Source of the DNA: an uncultured Ignavibacteria bacterium
GTDB taxonomy: Bacteria; Bacteroidota; Ignavibacteria; UBA10030; SZUA-254
DNA: 64,000 nucleotides
NCBI GenBank assembly: GCA_963724215.1
Contig: CAVRTZ010000026.1
Coordinates: 75,960-139,959, forward strand
Direction: 5' to 3'
A program made the position numbers and the translations under genes. Below are positions 11,714 to 23,611 of the stretch, piece after piece. A model generated the notes under the pieces. It saw only the letters and a program-made list of their open reading frames with translations. It did no database searches and had not been told where the DNA came from. The first letter of the stretch is position 1; each line of letters opens with the position of its first letter.

Positions 11714-12109
11714 ATGCAGACGACAGACCCCATCGCCGATTACCTCACACGGATCCGCAACGGCATCCATGCCAGGCACAAGCGGATCGACGTCCCCGCC
11801 TCGAACCTCAAGCGGGAGATCACGCGGATCCTGGCGGAGAAGAAACTCATCGCCGGGTACTCCGAGATCAAGGACGACCGCCAGGGCGTGTTGCGCATCG
11901 CGCTGCGGTACACCGAGGGGGTCAACGCCATCACCGGGCTCCAGCGGATCAGCAGGCCCGGGTTGCGCCTCTACACGCAGGCCGACCGCCTGCCCAGGGT
12001 GATGAACGGCCTCGGACTGGCGCTGATCTCCACATCGCAGGGCATCCTCACAGACCGGGATGCCAGGGCGAGGAAAGTCGGCGGCGAAGTCCTCTGTTAC
12101 ATTTGGTAA
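11714..12109 (+). CDS. rpsH: 30S ribosomal protein S8
   Basis: MQTTDPIADYLTRIRNG... Confidence 0.96.
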   Translation: MQTTDPIADYLTRIRNGIHARHKRIDVPASNLKREITRILAEKKLIAGYSEIKDDRQGVLRIALRYTEGVNAITGLQRISRPGLRLYTQADRLPRVMNGLGLALISTSQGILTDRDARARKVGGEVLCYIW

Positions 12110-12133
12110 TCAAACGTCGGTAAGGAGAGCAAC

Positions 12134-12685
12134 GTGTCCAGAATCGGAAGGCGGCCGATCGCCGCAGTGAAAGGCGTCAAGATTGAACGCAAGGCCGGGC
12201 TCCTGAAGGTGACCGGACCGAAGGGGGAACTCTCGGCGAACGTCCCCCTCTCGATCGCGTTCGAAGTGGGCGAGGCCGACATCAGGGTCAAGCGCGCCTC
12301 GGACAAGAAGACCGACCGGGTGCTCCACGGGACCTGGCGGGCGCTGCTCGCGAACATGGTGCGCGGCGTCTCGGAGGGTTTCTCGAGGAAGCTGGAGATC
12401 GTCGGGGTCGGGTACAAAGCGGAGCCGAAGGGGAGGAACATCCAGTTCGCGCTCGGCTATTCCCACCCGATCCTCTTCACACCGCCGGCAGGGATCAAGA
12501 TCGAGGTGCCCCAGCCCACGGTCCTCATCATCTCGGGGATCGACAAGCAGCTCGTCGGCCAGGTGGCCGCGAAGATCCGGTCGTTCAGGCCCCCGGAACC
12601 GTACAAGGGCAAGGGCGTGAAGTACGAGGGTGAATACATCAGACGGAAAGCCGGCAAGGCTGCGGCCACCGCCGGGAAGGCATAA
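12134..12685 (+). CDS. rplF: 50S ribosomal protein L6
   Basis: MSRIGRRPI...; GTG start; 183 aa. Confidence 0.95.
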   Translation: MSRIGRRPIAAVKGVKIERKAGLLKVTGPKGELSANVPLSIAFEVGEADIRVKRASDKKTDRVLHGTWRALLANMVRGVSEGFSRKLEIVGVGYKAEPKGRNIQFALGYSHPILFTPPAGIKIEVPQPTVLIISGIDKQLVGQVAAKIRSFRPPEPYKGKGVKYEGEYIRRKAGKAAATAGKA

Positions 12686-12696
12686 CAGGCACGATC

Positions 12697-13065
12697 ATGA
12701 TCAAGAACACCAGAAGAGAACACCGGCTGGGCGTCAAGTCCCGCATACGCAAGAAAATCCGCGGGACCACGGAGCGTCCGCGCCTGGTCATCTACAAGAG
12801 CCTGTCGCACCTCTACGCGCAGGTGGTCGACGACTCGCAGGCGAAGACCCTGGTCGCCAGTTCCTCGCTGAGCAAGGACCTCAAGGAATCCCTCGGCGCG
12901 TTGAAGGGTCAGAAGGAAAAGGCGAAATCGCTCGGGCAACACATCGCGAAACTGGCGATCGGAAAGAACATCAGGACCGTGGTGTTCGACAGGAACGGCT
13001 ACCTTTACCATGGCATCGTCAAATCGCTCGCCGACGGCGCCCGTGAGGGGGGTTTGAAGTTTTAA
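12697..13065 (+). CDS. rplR: 50S ribosomal protein L18
   Basis: 122 aa, ...[20 protein letters not shown]...[26 protein letters not shown]. Confidence 0.95.
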   Translation: MIKNTRREHRLGVKSRIRKKIRGTTERPRLVIYKSLSHLYAQVVDDSQAKTLVASSSLSKDLKESLGALKGQKEKAKSLGQHIAKLAIGKNIRTVVFDRNGYLYHGIVKSLADGAREGGLKF

Positions 13066-13098
13066 CGGACCCGTCGACCCCGGCCGTCGTGACGGAAG

Positions 13099-13169
13099 TG
13101 CCGGGTCGTCTAATGGCAGGACAGCGGCCTTTGGAGCCGTCAGTGGAGGTTCGACTCCTCCCCCGGCAG
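13099..13169 (+). tRNA. tRNA-Gln (anticodon TTG) inside the spc operon
   Basis: Manual cloverleaf. Acceptor TGCCGGG/CCCGGCA (7 bp, U1-A72). D stem GTCT/GGAC with loop AATGGCA. Anticodon stem GCGGC/GCCGT, loop CTTTGGA (TTG at 13131-13133). 4-nt variable region. T stem GGAGG/CCTCC with TTCGACT loop. Discriminator G at 13169; no encoded CCA. Confidence 0.8.
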
Positions 13170-13204
13170 CAGGAAACGCACACATTACAGAACGGAGAAG
13201 CTCA

Positions 13205-13729
13205 GTGGCTCGGATAAAAGCAGGTGACATGGATCTCAAGGACAGGCTGGTCCACATCAACCGCGTGGCCAAGGTCGTCAAGGGCGGGCGCAGGTTCAGC
13301 TTCAGCGCCATCGTCGTCGTCGGCGACGGAAAGGGGCACGTCGGGGTGGGCCTCGGCAAGGCGAACGAGGTGCAGGACGCGATCTCGAAGGGGGTCGACG
13401 AGGCGAAGAAACACATCGTCGAGGTCACCGTCGTGAACGGGACCATTCCGCACCCGGTCCAGTCGAAGTTCAGCGCGTCGAGGGTCCTGCTCATGCCGGC
13501 CTCGCCCGGCACCGGCCTGATCGCCGGCGGCGGCATCAGGGCGGTCCTGGAATCGGCCGGCGTGAGGGACGTCCTCACGAAATCGATCGGGTCGACGAAC
13601 CCCCACAACGTCGTGAAGGCCACCCTGAAGGCGCTCATGAGCCTCCGGGACGCCCGCACGACGGCGCGGCTCCGCGGCATGACCCTGTCGGAGCTCTTCG
13701 AACGCCCGGCGAACGAACCGGCCCGGTAA
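13205..13729 (+). CDS. rpsE: 30S ribosomal protein S5
   Basis: ...[39 protein letters not shown]...; GTG start, GGAGAAG RBS. Confidence 0.96.
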   Translation: MARIKAGDMDLKDRLVHINRVAKVVKGGRRFSFSAIVVVGDGKGHVGVGLGKANEVQDAISKGVDEAKKHIVEVTVVNGTIPHPVQSKFSASRVLLMPASPGTGLIAGGGIRAVLESAGVRDVLTKSIGSTNPHNVVKATLKALMSLRDARTTARLRGMTLSELFERPANEPAR

Positions 13730-13746
13730 GGAATCAGGAGATCATC

Positions 13747-13935
13747 ATGCCAGTGAAATTGAAAATTACGCAGGTCATCAGCCAGCTCGACTGCCTCGAG
13801 GCCCAGAAACGCACGATCAAGGCCCTCGGTCTCGGCAGGCCGAACTATTCGGTGGTCAAGAACGACTCCCCGCAAATCCGGGGAATGATCAGGACCGTGC
13901 GCCACCTGGTCAAAGTTGAAGAGGTCCCGTCATGA
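13747..13935 (+). CDS. rpmD: 50S ribosomal protein L30
   Basis: 62 aa, [28 protein letters not shown]. Confidence 0.93.
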   Translation: MPVKLKITQVISQLDCLEAQKRTIKALGLGRPNYSVVKNDSPQIRGMIRTVRHLVKVEEVPS

Positions 13936-14411
13936 CGAAACCGGTCTTAAGCAATCTCACCTACGCCAAGGGTTCGCGCAAGCGGGTCAAACGCATCGGG
14001 CGGGGCCAGGGCTCCGGCCATGGCGGAACCGCCACGCGCGGCCACAAGGGCGAGGGTGCGCGCTCGGGCACGCACAACAGGCCCTGGTTCGAGGGCGGAC
14101 AGATGCCGCTCATCCGGAGGGTGCCGAAGTTCGGCTTCCACAGCCCTTTCCGGGTCTCCTACCAGGTGGTCAACCTCGACGACCTCTCGAAGGCGATCAC
14201 CGAGGGGAAAATCCAGGGGAAGGGGATCACGCCCGCGACGCTCCTCGCCTCCGGCCTGGTCTCGAAGAAGAACCAGCCCGTGAAGATCCTCGGAACGGGC
14301 GACATCGCGCAGGCGGTCGACATCTCGGCCCACGCGTTCAGCGCCACGGCGTCGAAAAAAATCGAATCGGCGGGCGGGAAGACCACGGTCATCAACCGAA
14401 CCAGCAGATAA
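13932..14411 (+). CDS. rplO: 50S ribosomal protein L15
   Basis: 159 aa, ...[20 protein letters not shown]...; 4-nt overlap with rpmD. Confidence 0.95.
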   Translation: MTKPVLSNLTYAKGSRKRVKRIGRGQGSGHGGTATRGHKGEGARSGTHNRPWFEGGQMPLIRRVPKFGFHSPFRVSYQVVNLDDLSKAITEGKIQGKGITPATLLASGLVSKKNQPVKILGTGDIAQAVDISAHAFSATASKKIESAGGKTTVINRTSR

Positions 14412-14414
14412 CAG

Positions 14415-15752
14415 ATGGGAAAGATTTCGGACAGCTTCCGCAACATCTTCAAGATCCAGGAACTTCGCCAGAGGATCCTCTTCACGGCGGGCCTGCTGAT
14501 CGTCGTCCGGTTCGGGTCGCACGTCACCCTGCCGGGCATCGACGCGACGGTGCTGCAGGAGGCGCTCAAGAACCAGTCCTCCAACACGCTCTTCGGCCTG
14601 TACGACCTCTTCGTCGGCGGCGCGTTCAGCAACGCGGCGATCCTCGCGCTCGGGATCATGCCCTACATCAGCGCGTCGATCATCATCCAGCTCCTCGGGG
14701 CCGTCATCCCGTATTTCCAGAAACTGTCGAAGGAGGGCGAGGAGGGAAGAAAGAAGATCACGCAGCTGACCCGGTACGGCACGGTCGGCATCTCGCTGCT
14801 GCAGGCGTGGGGCGTCAGCGTCCAGCTCGCCAGCATGTCGGTGAACGGCGCCACCATCGTGCCGGCCGCGGTGCAGGGGATCGGGTTCCACCTCTCCACC
14901 ATGATCATCCTGACGGCCGGGACCGTCTTCATGATGTGGCTGGGGGAGCAGATCACCGAGCGCGGGATCGGGAACGGCATCTCGCTGATCATCTTCATCG
15001 GGATCATCGCCCGGTTCCCGCACGCCGTCTACGACGAATACCGCATCGTCGCCTCGGGGGCGAGGGGCCTGATCGTCGAGCTGCTCATCGTCATCCTGAT
15101 GGTCGTCGTCGTGGCCGCCATCGTCCTGATCACCCAGGCCACCCGGCGGATCCCCGTCCAGTACGCGAAACGGGTCGTGGGCCGGAAGGTCTACGGCGGG
15201 GTCACGCAGTACATCCCGATGAGGGTCAACACCGCGGGCGTCATGCCGATCATTTTCGCCCAGGCCATCATGTTCATCCCGAACACGATCCTCACCTTTT
15301 TCCCCGACAGCGAATTTCTCCAGGTGGTGTCGGGCTACCTCAGCTACACGTCGATCACCTACTCGGTGGCCTACGGATTGATGATCATTTTCTTCACCTA
15401 TTTTTACACCGCGGTCGCCTTCAACCCGAAGGACGTCGCGGAGACGATGCAGAAGCAGGGCGGGTTCATCCCCGGCATCCGGCCCGGGAAGCACACCTCG
15501 GATTTCATCGACAACATCCTGACGAAGATCACCCTTCCCGGGTCGATTTTCCTCGCGCTGATCGCCATCCTCCCGGCGTTCATGGTCCGGATCGGCGTGA
15601 CGTCGAACTTCGCGAGCTTTTTCGGGGGCACGAGCCTCCTGATCATCGTCGGTGTCGGGCTGGACACCCTGCAGCAGATCGAGTCGCACCTCCTCATGCG
15701 CCACTACGACGGCTTCATGAAGAGCGGCAAACTCAGGGGCCGCAGGGGCTAA
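14415..15752 (+). CDS. secY: preprotein translocase subunit SecY
   Basis: 445 aa polytopic membrane protein, ...LFTAGLLIVVRFGSHVTLPGID...; canonical position after rplO. Confidence 0.96.
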   Translation: MGKISDSFRNIFKIQELRQRILFTAGLLIVVRFGSHVTLPGIDATVLQEALKNQSSNTLFGLYDLFVGGAFSNAAILALGIMPYISASIIIQLLGAVIPYFQKLSKEGEEGRKKITQLTRYGTVGISLLQAWGVSVQLASMSVNGATIVPAAVQGIGFHLSTMIILTAGTVFMMWLGEQITERGIGNGISLIIFIGIIARFPHAVYDEYRIVASGARGLIVELLIVILMVVVVAAIVLITQATRRIPVQYAKRVVGRKVYGGVTQYIPMRVNTAGVMPIIFAQAIMFIPNTILTFFPDSEFLQVVSGYLSYTSITYSVAYGLMIIFFTYFYTAVAFNPKDVAETMQKQGGFIPGIRPGKHTSDFIDNILTKITLPGSIFLALIAILPAFMVRIGVTSNFASFFGGTSLLIIVGVGLDTLQQIESHLLMRHYDGFMKSGKLRGRRG

Positions 15753-15799
15753 GGGAACGACGACGGGGACCATTGCGTACACGACGAATATCCGCCGGC

Positions 15800-16564
15800 A
15801 TGACAGCGGGCTTACGAAAGACATCCCGCGAGATCGAGCTCATGAGGGAAAGCTGCTCGATCGTCGCCGAGGTGCTGCGACTCCTGGGTCCGCTCGTGAA
15901 GCCGGGCGTGTCGACCATCGAGCTGGACGCGGCGGCGGAGGAATTCATCAGGATGCGCGGCGGCGAACCGGCCTTCAAGGGGTACGGCACCGACAAGCGG
16001 AACCTCTTCCCGGCGAGCATCTGCGCCTCGGTGGACGATGAGGTGGTCCACGGCATCCCCGGGACGAGGGTCCTCGCCGGGGGCGAGATCGTTTCGATCG
16101 ACGTGGGCGTCCGGAAGGACGGATATTACGGTGACGGCGCATGGACGTTCGCCGTCGGCGCGATCAGCGCGGAAAAGGCGCGACTGATGCGGGTGACCGA
16201 GGAATCCCTCATGGAGGGGATCGGCCGCACCGTCGCCGGGAACCGGGTCCACGACATTTCCGCGGCCATCCAGCAACGGGTCGAGGCGGACGGATTTTCG
16301 GTGGTGCGGGACCTCGTCGGACACGGCATCGGGACGCGGCTCCACGAGGAGCCGGCGGTGCCGAATTTCGGCAACCCCGGGACCGGGATGGTGCTCGAGG
16401 AGGGGATGACGCTGGCGATCGAACCAATGGTGAACGGCGGAGCCCACCGCGTGATCGTGGACCGCGACGGCTGGACGATCAGGACGGCCGACGCTCAGCC
16501 CTCGGCGCATTTCGAACACACCGTGCTGGTCACCTCCGGCGCGGCTCAGATACTGACGGTCTAG
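15800..16564 (+). CDS. map: type I methionyl aminopeptidase
   Basis: ATG 15800 in the frame of ORF 13916-16564. [26 protein letters not shown]...HGIP...DVG...GHGIG...EPM... metal-ligand pattern. No adk between secY and map. Confidence 0.9.
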   Translation: MTAGLRKTSREIELMRESCSIVAEVLRLLGPLVKPGVSTIELDAAAEEFIRMRGGEPAFKGYGTDKRNLFPASICASVDDEVVHGIPGTRVLAGGEIVSIDVGVRKDGYYGDGAWTFAVGAISAEKARLMRVTEESLMEGIGRTVAGNRVHDISAAIQQRVEADGFSVVRDLVGHGIGTRLHEEPAVPNFGNPGTGMVLEEGMTLAIEPMVNGGAHRVIVDRDGWTIRTADAQPSAHFEHTVLVTSGAAQILTV

Positions 16565-16574
16565 AGGACGGGGC

Positions 16575-16793
16575 ATGGCGAAACAGGGCCCGATCACGAT
16601 GGACGGAGTGATCACCGACACCCTCCCGAACGCGATGTTCAGGGTGAAGCTGGACAACGGGCATGAAATCCTCGCGATCATCTCGGGCAAGATGCGGATG
16701 CACTACATCAAAATTCTGGTCGGCGACAAGGTGACGGTGGAAATGTCGCCGTACGACCTTTCAAAGGGCAGGATCACGTACCGGTACAAGTAA
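16575..16793 (+). CDS. infA: translation initiation factor IF-1
   Basis: 72 aa, ...[33 protein letters not shown]... Confidence 0.96.
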   Translation: MAKQGPITMDGVITDTLPNAMFRVKLDNGHEILAIISGKMRMHYIKILVGDKVTVEMSPYDLSKGRITYRYK

Positions 16794-16812
16794 GGACAGT
16801 CCAGGAGAGAGT

Positions 16813-16926
16813 ATGAAAGTCCGTTCATCGATCAAGAAACTCTGCGATAACTGCAAGATCATCCGCCGGAAGGGCGTGGTGAGGGTGATCTGCAAGAACC
16901 CGAAGCACAAGCAGCGCCAGGGTTAA
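16813..16926 (+). CDS. rpmJ: 50S ribosomal protein L36
   Basis: Not in the ORF track (too short). My translation is [37 protein letters not shown], stop TAA 16924-16926. GGAGAG RBS upstream. Confidence 0.92.
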   Translation: MKVRSSIKKLCDNCKIIRRKGVVRVICKNPKHKQRQG

Positions 16927-16971
16927 ACACACAATCACGTTTTCAGACCCAAGCAGAAAGGAATACCAGGA

Positions 16972-17355
16972 GTGGCCCGAATAGCCGGTATCGATTTGCC
17001 CAAAGGAAAGCGCGCCGTCATCGGCCTGACCTATATCTTCGGAATAGGCAGGACCAGCGCCGCGCACATCCTCGCCGAGGCGGGGGTGGACCCGAACAAA
17101 CGCATCTCCGAGCTCAACGACGACGAGGTGTCGCGGATCCGCTCGATCATCACCGCGGACTACAAGGTCGAAGGCGCGTTGCGCAGCGAGACGCAGATCA
17201 ACATCAAGCGCCTGATGGACATCAACTCCTACAGGGGACTGCGTCACAGGAAGGGGCTCCCGGTGCGCGGACAGCGCACGCGGACGAATTCCCGGACGAG
17301 AAAGGGCAAGCGCAAGACCGTCGCCGGCAAGAAGAAGGCGGCCGCCAAGAAGTAA
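16972..17355 (+). CDS. rpsM: 30S ribosomal protein S13
   Basis: [14 protein letters not shown]...; GTG start. Confidence 0.96.
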   Translation: MARIAGIDLPKGKRAVIGLTYIFGIGRTSAAHILAEAGVDPNKRISELNDDEVSRIRSIITADYKVEGALRSETQINIKRLMDINSYRGLRHRKGLPVRGQRTRTNSRTRKGKRKTVAGKKKAAAKK

Positions 17356-17389
17356 TCGGCACGACAGACAACCCACACAAGGACAGTCA

Positions 17390-17803
17390 ATGGCCAAAGC
17401 AGCAACAACACCGGGAACCGCCGCGGCGGGGGCCCGGAAGAAGAAAAAAATCCAGGTCGACGTCACCGGCAAGGTGTTCATCAAGGCGACGTTCAACAAC
17501 GTCGTCATCACCATCACCGACGTGTACGGCAACGTGATCAGCTGGTCGTCCGCGGGCCGGAACGCCTTCAAGGGCTCGCGGAAGAACACGCCGTTCGCCT
17601 CCCAGGTCACCGCGCAGGCGGCGGGCAAGGAAGCCTACGACATGGGCCTCCGGAAGGTCGACGTGTTCGTCAAGGGGCCCGGATCGGGCAGGGAAGCGGG
17701 CATACGCTCGCTGCAGGCGGTCGGCATCGAGATCCTGAGCATCCGGGACATCACGCCGATCCCCCACAACGGCTGCCGGCCGCCGAAAAAACGCAGAGTC
17801 TGA
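17390..17803 (+). CDS. rpsK: 30S ribosomal protein S11
   Basis: ...[30 protein letters not shown]... Confidence 0.96.
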   Translation: MAKAATTPGTAAAGARKKKKIQVDVTGKVFIKATFNNVVITITDVYGNVISWSSAGRNAFKGSRKNTPFASQVTAQAAGKEAYDMGLRKVDVFVKGPGSGREAGIRSLQAVGIEILSIRDITPIPHNGCRPPKKRRV

Positions 17804-17837
17804 CGCACGAAACGAATTTCACGAACCGAAGGACAGT

Positions 17838-18467
17838 ATGGGAAGATATATCGATCCGAGTTGCCGGCAGTGCCGCCGCGAAAAACAGAAATTGTTCCTC
17901 AAGGGGACCAAGTGTTTCACCGAGAAATGCCCGGTGGAGAGACGGGGCTACGCCCCCGGTCAGCACGGGCAGAGCCGGCGCCAGAAGATTTCCGAGTACG
18001 GCGTCCAGCTGAGGGAGAAGCAGAAGGTGCGGCGATCCTACGGCCTGCTCGAAAAACAGTTCCGGAATTACTTCGAGAAGGCGCTGAGCCAGTCGGGGCG
18101 GACGGGCGAGACCCTGGTCAAGATGCTCGAACGACGGCTCGACAACGTCGTCTACCGGCTGGGCTTCGCCCCGTCGCGGAAGTCCGGGCGCCAGCTCGTC
18201 ACGCACGGCCACATCCTCGTCAACAACCACCCGGTGACCATCCCCTCCTTCCTGCTCAAGGCGGGCGACGTCATCCAGATCAGGGAGAAGAGCCGGAAGC
18301 TCGAGTTGATCCATTCGTCCATGAAGCGGATCAAGGACAGCGCGATGCTCCCCTGGCTGAGCCTGGACAAGGCCTCCATGTCCGGAACGTTTCTCACCGT
18401 GCCGGAGCGTGCGGACGTCCCGCTCAACGCGAACGAGCAGCTCATCGTCGAACTTTACTCCAAGTAA
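17838..18467 (+). CDS. rpsD: 30S ribosomal protein S4 (Cys4 form)
   Basis: MGRYIDPSCRQCRREKQKLFLKGTKCFTEKCPVERR... Confidence 0.96.
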   Translation: MGRYIDPSCRQCRREKQKLFLKGTKCFTEKCPVERRGYAPGQHGQSRRQKISEYGVQLREKQKVRRSYGLLEKQFRNYFEKALSQSGRTGETLVKMLERRLDNVVYRLGFAPSRKSGRQLVTHGHILVNNHPVTIPSFLLKAGDVIQIREKSRKLELIHSSMKRIKDSAMLPWLSLDKASMSGTFLTVPERADVPLNANEQLIVELYSK

Positions 18468-18515
18468 AGGCCGGACGCACCACACTTACGAAACGACATC
18501 TGGGAGTCAGAATCT

Positions 18516-19505
18516 ATGGTTGGAATTAATTTTCAAATGCCGGAAAAAGTCCAGCTCGACGAATCGAGCTACACGAACACGTTCGGCAGGTTCATCCTCC
18601 AGCCTCTGGAGAAGGGATTCGGGGTCACGATCGGCAACGCCTTCCGCCGGGTGCTGCTCTCGTCGCTCCCCGGGACCGCCTTCACGGCGATCCGGGTCGA
18701 GAACGTCCTCCACGAGTTTTCCACGATCAAGGGCGTCGTCGAGGACGTCGCCGAGGTGATCCTGAACCTGAAGGCCGTCCGCATCAAACTGATCAACAAG
18801 AAATTGAACAAGATCGTCGTCCAGCTGAGCGGGAGGCGGGAGATCACGGCGGGGGACATCCAGAAGGCCAACCCCGAGCTCGAGGTCCTCAACCCCGAGC
18901 AGCACATCGCCACCCTCAACGGTGACACCGATTTCGAGATGGAGCTCCGCATCGGAAGGGGGAAGGGCTACGTCCCGGCCGAGGAGAACAAGCAGCAGGA
19001 CGCGGTCGCGAACCTGATCCCGATCGACTCCATCTTCACGCCGATCCGCAACGTCCGGTACACCGTCGAAACGACCCGCGTGGGCCAGCAGACCGACTAC
19101 GAGAAGCTCGTCCTCGAGGTCGAGACCGACGGATCGATCGCCCCGGACGACGCGATCGCCCAGGCCGCGAACATCCTGCGCGACCACGTCCAGCTGTTCC
19201 TCAGCTTCGACGTCGAGGTCGACGCCGGCGACGAGGGGACGGAGAAGGATTCCGAGGTGTCCCGGATCAGGAAGATCCTGGAGATGAGCGTCGACGAGCT
19301 GGAGCTTTCGGTCCGCTCGCACAACTGCCTCCGGGCGGCCAACATCAAGACCATCGCGGACCTGGTCCGCCGGGACGAACCGGAGCTCCTGAAATTCAGG
19401 AACTTCGGGAGAAAATCACTCGCCGAGCTCTCGGAGATCATCGACCAGTTCGGCCTGACCTTCGGCATGGACGTCGAGAAGTATCTCACGACGAGCGGCG
19501 AATAA
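18516..19505 (+). CDS. rpoA: DNA-directed RNA polymerase subunit alpha
   Basis: 329 aa, ...FGRFILQPLEKGFGVTIGNAFRRVLLSSLPG...; C-terminal domain ...ELSVRSHNCLRAANI... Confidence 0.96.
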   Translation: MVGINFQMPEKVQLDESSYTNTFGRFILQPLEKGFGVTIGNAFRRVLLSSLPGTAFTAIRVENVLHEFSTIKGVVEDVAEVILNLKAVRIKLINKKLNKIVVQLSGRREITAGDIQKANPELEVLNPEQHIATLNGDTDFEMELRIGRGKGYVPAEENKQQDAVANLIPIDSIFTPIRNVRYTVETTRVGQQTDYEKLVLEVETDGSIAPDDAIAQAANILRDHVQLFLSFDVEVDAGDEGTEKDSEVSRIRKILEMSVDELELSVRSHNCLRAANIKTIADLVRRDEPELLKFRNFGRKSLAELSEIIDQFGLTFGMDVEKYLTTSGE

Positions 19506-19524
19506 CCGACAACCTGGAACACTC

Positions 19525-20154
19525 ATGAGACACAGAAAATCAGGCAGAAAACTCAAACGCACGGCGTCCCACCGGAAGGCGCTCTTCGTGGCCCTCACGA
19601 CGGCGCTGCTGAAGCACAAGAAGATCCGGACCACGGTCACCAAGGCGAAGGAAACGCGGATGTTCGTCGAGAAGCTGATCACCCGCGCCAAAAACGCGTA
19701 CGGCCGGGAGGACAAGGCGAAAAACGTGCACGACCGCCGGATGGTGGCGCGGACCATCAAGGACAAGGACGTGCTCAGGGAGCTCTTCTCGGAGATCGCC
19801 GCGAAGGTCTCCTCCCGCCCGGGGGGATACACGCGCATCGTGAAGCTCGGGCGACGGCAGGGCGACGGGGCCGAAGTGGCGCTCATCGAACTGGTCGATT
19901 TCCAGGGCGTGACGAAGCCCGACAAGGCCGAGAAAGAGGCGAAGGCGGAGAAGTCCGGCGCCGACGCGCAAGGCGAAGAAAAACGGCGAAGAAGGCGGCC
20001 GGCAAAAAAGAAAAGGCCGCACCAAAAGAGAAGGAAGCCGCGGCGCACTCGTCCTGACCGTCGCCGTCGTCATATCGGTCCATCAGGGTTTCCGGCCTCC
20101 CGGAAACCCTTTTTTTTATGGCGCGCGCGCAGGCCTCGAACGCGGGAGTTTTGA
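19525..20154 (+). CDS. rplQ: 50S ribosomal protein L17 (as-sequenced ORF; true stop probably 20055-20057 after a -1 indel in the A5 run 19979-19983)
   Basis: MRHRKSGRKLKRTASHRKAL... core L17. The as-read tail turns into an Arg-rich string that runs through the terminator hairpin. The neighbouring frame gives ...KTAKKAAGKKEKAAPKEKEAAAHSS* ending 29 nt before the hairpin. Confidence 0.85.
   Translation: MRHRKSGRKLKRTASHRKALFVALTTALLKHKKIRTTVTKAKETRMFVEKLITRAKNAYGREDKAKNVHDRRMVARTIKDKDVLRELFSEIAAKVSSRPGGYTRIVKLGRRQGDGAEVALIELVDFQGVTKPDKAEKEAKAEKSGADAQGEEKRRRRRPAKKKRPHQKRRKPRRTRPDRRRRHIGPSGFPASRKPFFLWRARRPRTREF
20086..20117 (+). terminator. rho-independent terminator closing the ribosomal super-operon
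   Basis: GGGTTTCCGG (20086-20095), CCTC loop, CCGGAAACCC (20100-20109), followed by T8 (20110-20117). Confidence 0.75.
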
Positions 20155-20179
20155 TTCTCCTGCCGAAAATCGTTATTAT
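20151..20179 (+). promoter_or_regulatory. candidate sigma70-type promoter upstream of leuS
   Basis: TTGATT (20151-20156), 17 nt, TATTAT (20174-20179), 42 nt before the leuS ATG. Confidence 0.35.
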
Positions 20180-20220
20180 CAACCTTTCCACGACACTCGC
20201 TGCGCCTTCAGAAGCGGACC

Positions 20221-22741
<2,521 letters not shown>

Positions 22742-22745
<4 letters not shown>

Positions 22746-23576
22746 CGGCCGTGGCGCGCCTCAGTGTCATCGTCCTCACGCTGAACGAGGAGCGGAACAT
22801 CCGACGCTGCCTCGGCAGCGTGCGATGGGCCGACGAAGTCGTCGTCGTCGATTCCTTCAGCACCGACCGGACCGTCGCCATCGCCGCCGGGATCGGGGCG
22901 AAGGTCATCGCCCACGCCTACGACTCCGACCTCCGGCAGCGCGACCGCGGCTTCGCGGAGGCGACGGGGGAGTGGCTGCTGGTCCTGGACGCGGACGAGG
23001 AGGTCCCCCGACCCGCTCGCCGACGAGATCCGCGGGGCCATCGACGGGGACGGCGCCGCCGACGGGATACACGCTGGCGCGGCTGGTGAGCTTCCACGGC
23101 CGGTGGATCCGCCACGGCGGATGGTACCCCGGCACCACGATGCGGCTGTTCCGGAAGGACCGGGTCGTCGATCGAGGACGCGGCGGTCCACGGCGGGTAC
23201 GCCGTGAAGGGGCCGAGGGGCGCACTCTCCAACCCCCTCCACCATTATTCCTACGACTCGATTTCGCACTACCTGCGGAAGATGAACGACTACACGTCCC
23301 TCCAGGTGTCGAACCTGCTCCGGTCCAGGCCCGGCTACGTCCCGGGGTTCGGCAAGATCCTATTCAGCCCGCTCTCCCATTTCGTCCGGAATTACTTCAC
23401 CCGCAGGGGGTACCGGGACGGCATGCAGGGGTTTCTCCTCGCGGTCCTCGATTCCCTCTACGCCCTCGCCCTCTACGCGAAGCTCTGGGAGTACCGGACG
23501 GCCACGCGGCGCACGGGTGATCCCCCCCGACGACATGGACGGGATCCGGGCCATGAAACGGCGGTACGGCGCGTGA
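22742..23576 (+). pseudogene. family-2 glycosyltransferase (WaaE/KdtX-like LPS-core type), four frame disruptions
   Basis: GTG 22742 overlaps the leuS stop (GTGA). ...LSVIVLTLNEERNIRRCLGSVRWADEVVVVDSFSTDRTVAIA...LVLDADEEV / PDPLADEIRGAIDG / YTLARLVSFHGRWIRHGGWYPG / IEDAAVHGGYAV...LYAKLWEYR / DDMDGIRAMKRRYGA*. Shifts at the C-run 23005-09, at 23067, at 23170, and at the C7 run 23522-28. Confidence 0.75.
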
Positions 23577-23611
23577 GCTCCGCGCCGCGCCATACCGTCC
23601 CGGCCGCGTCG

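Noticed and set aside
13916-15799. N-terminal ~630 aa of the 882-aa ORF 13916-16564.
   Set aside because: Only the last 254 codons (from ATG 15800) encode methionine aminopeptidase. The upstream part is an off-frame read-through of rplO/secY with Arg/Pro/Gly-rich nonsense composition.
15753-15799. Absence of adk between secY and map as a deletion or rearrangement.
   Set aside because: adk placement at this site varies among bacterial lineages. The 47-nt gap shows no remnant, so this is ordinary lineage-specific gene order.
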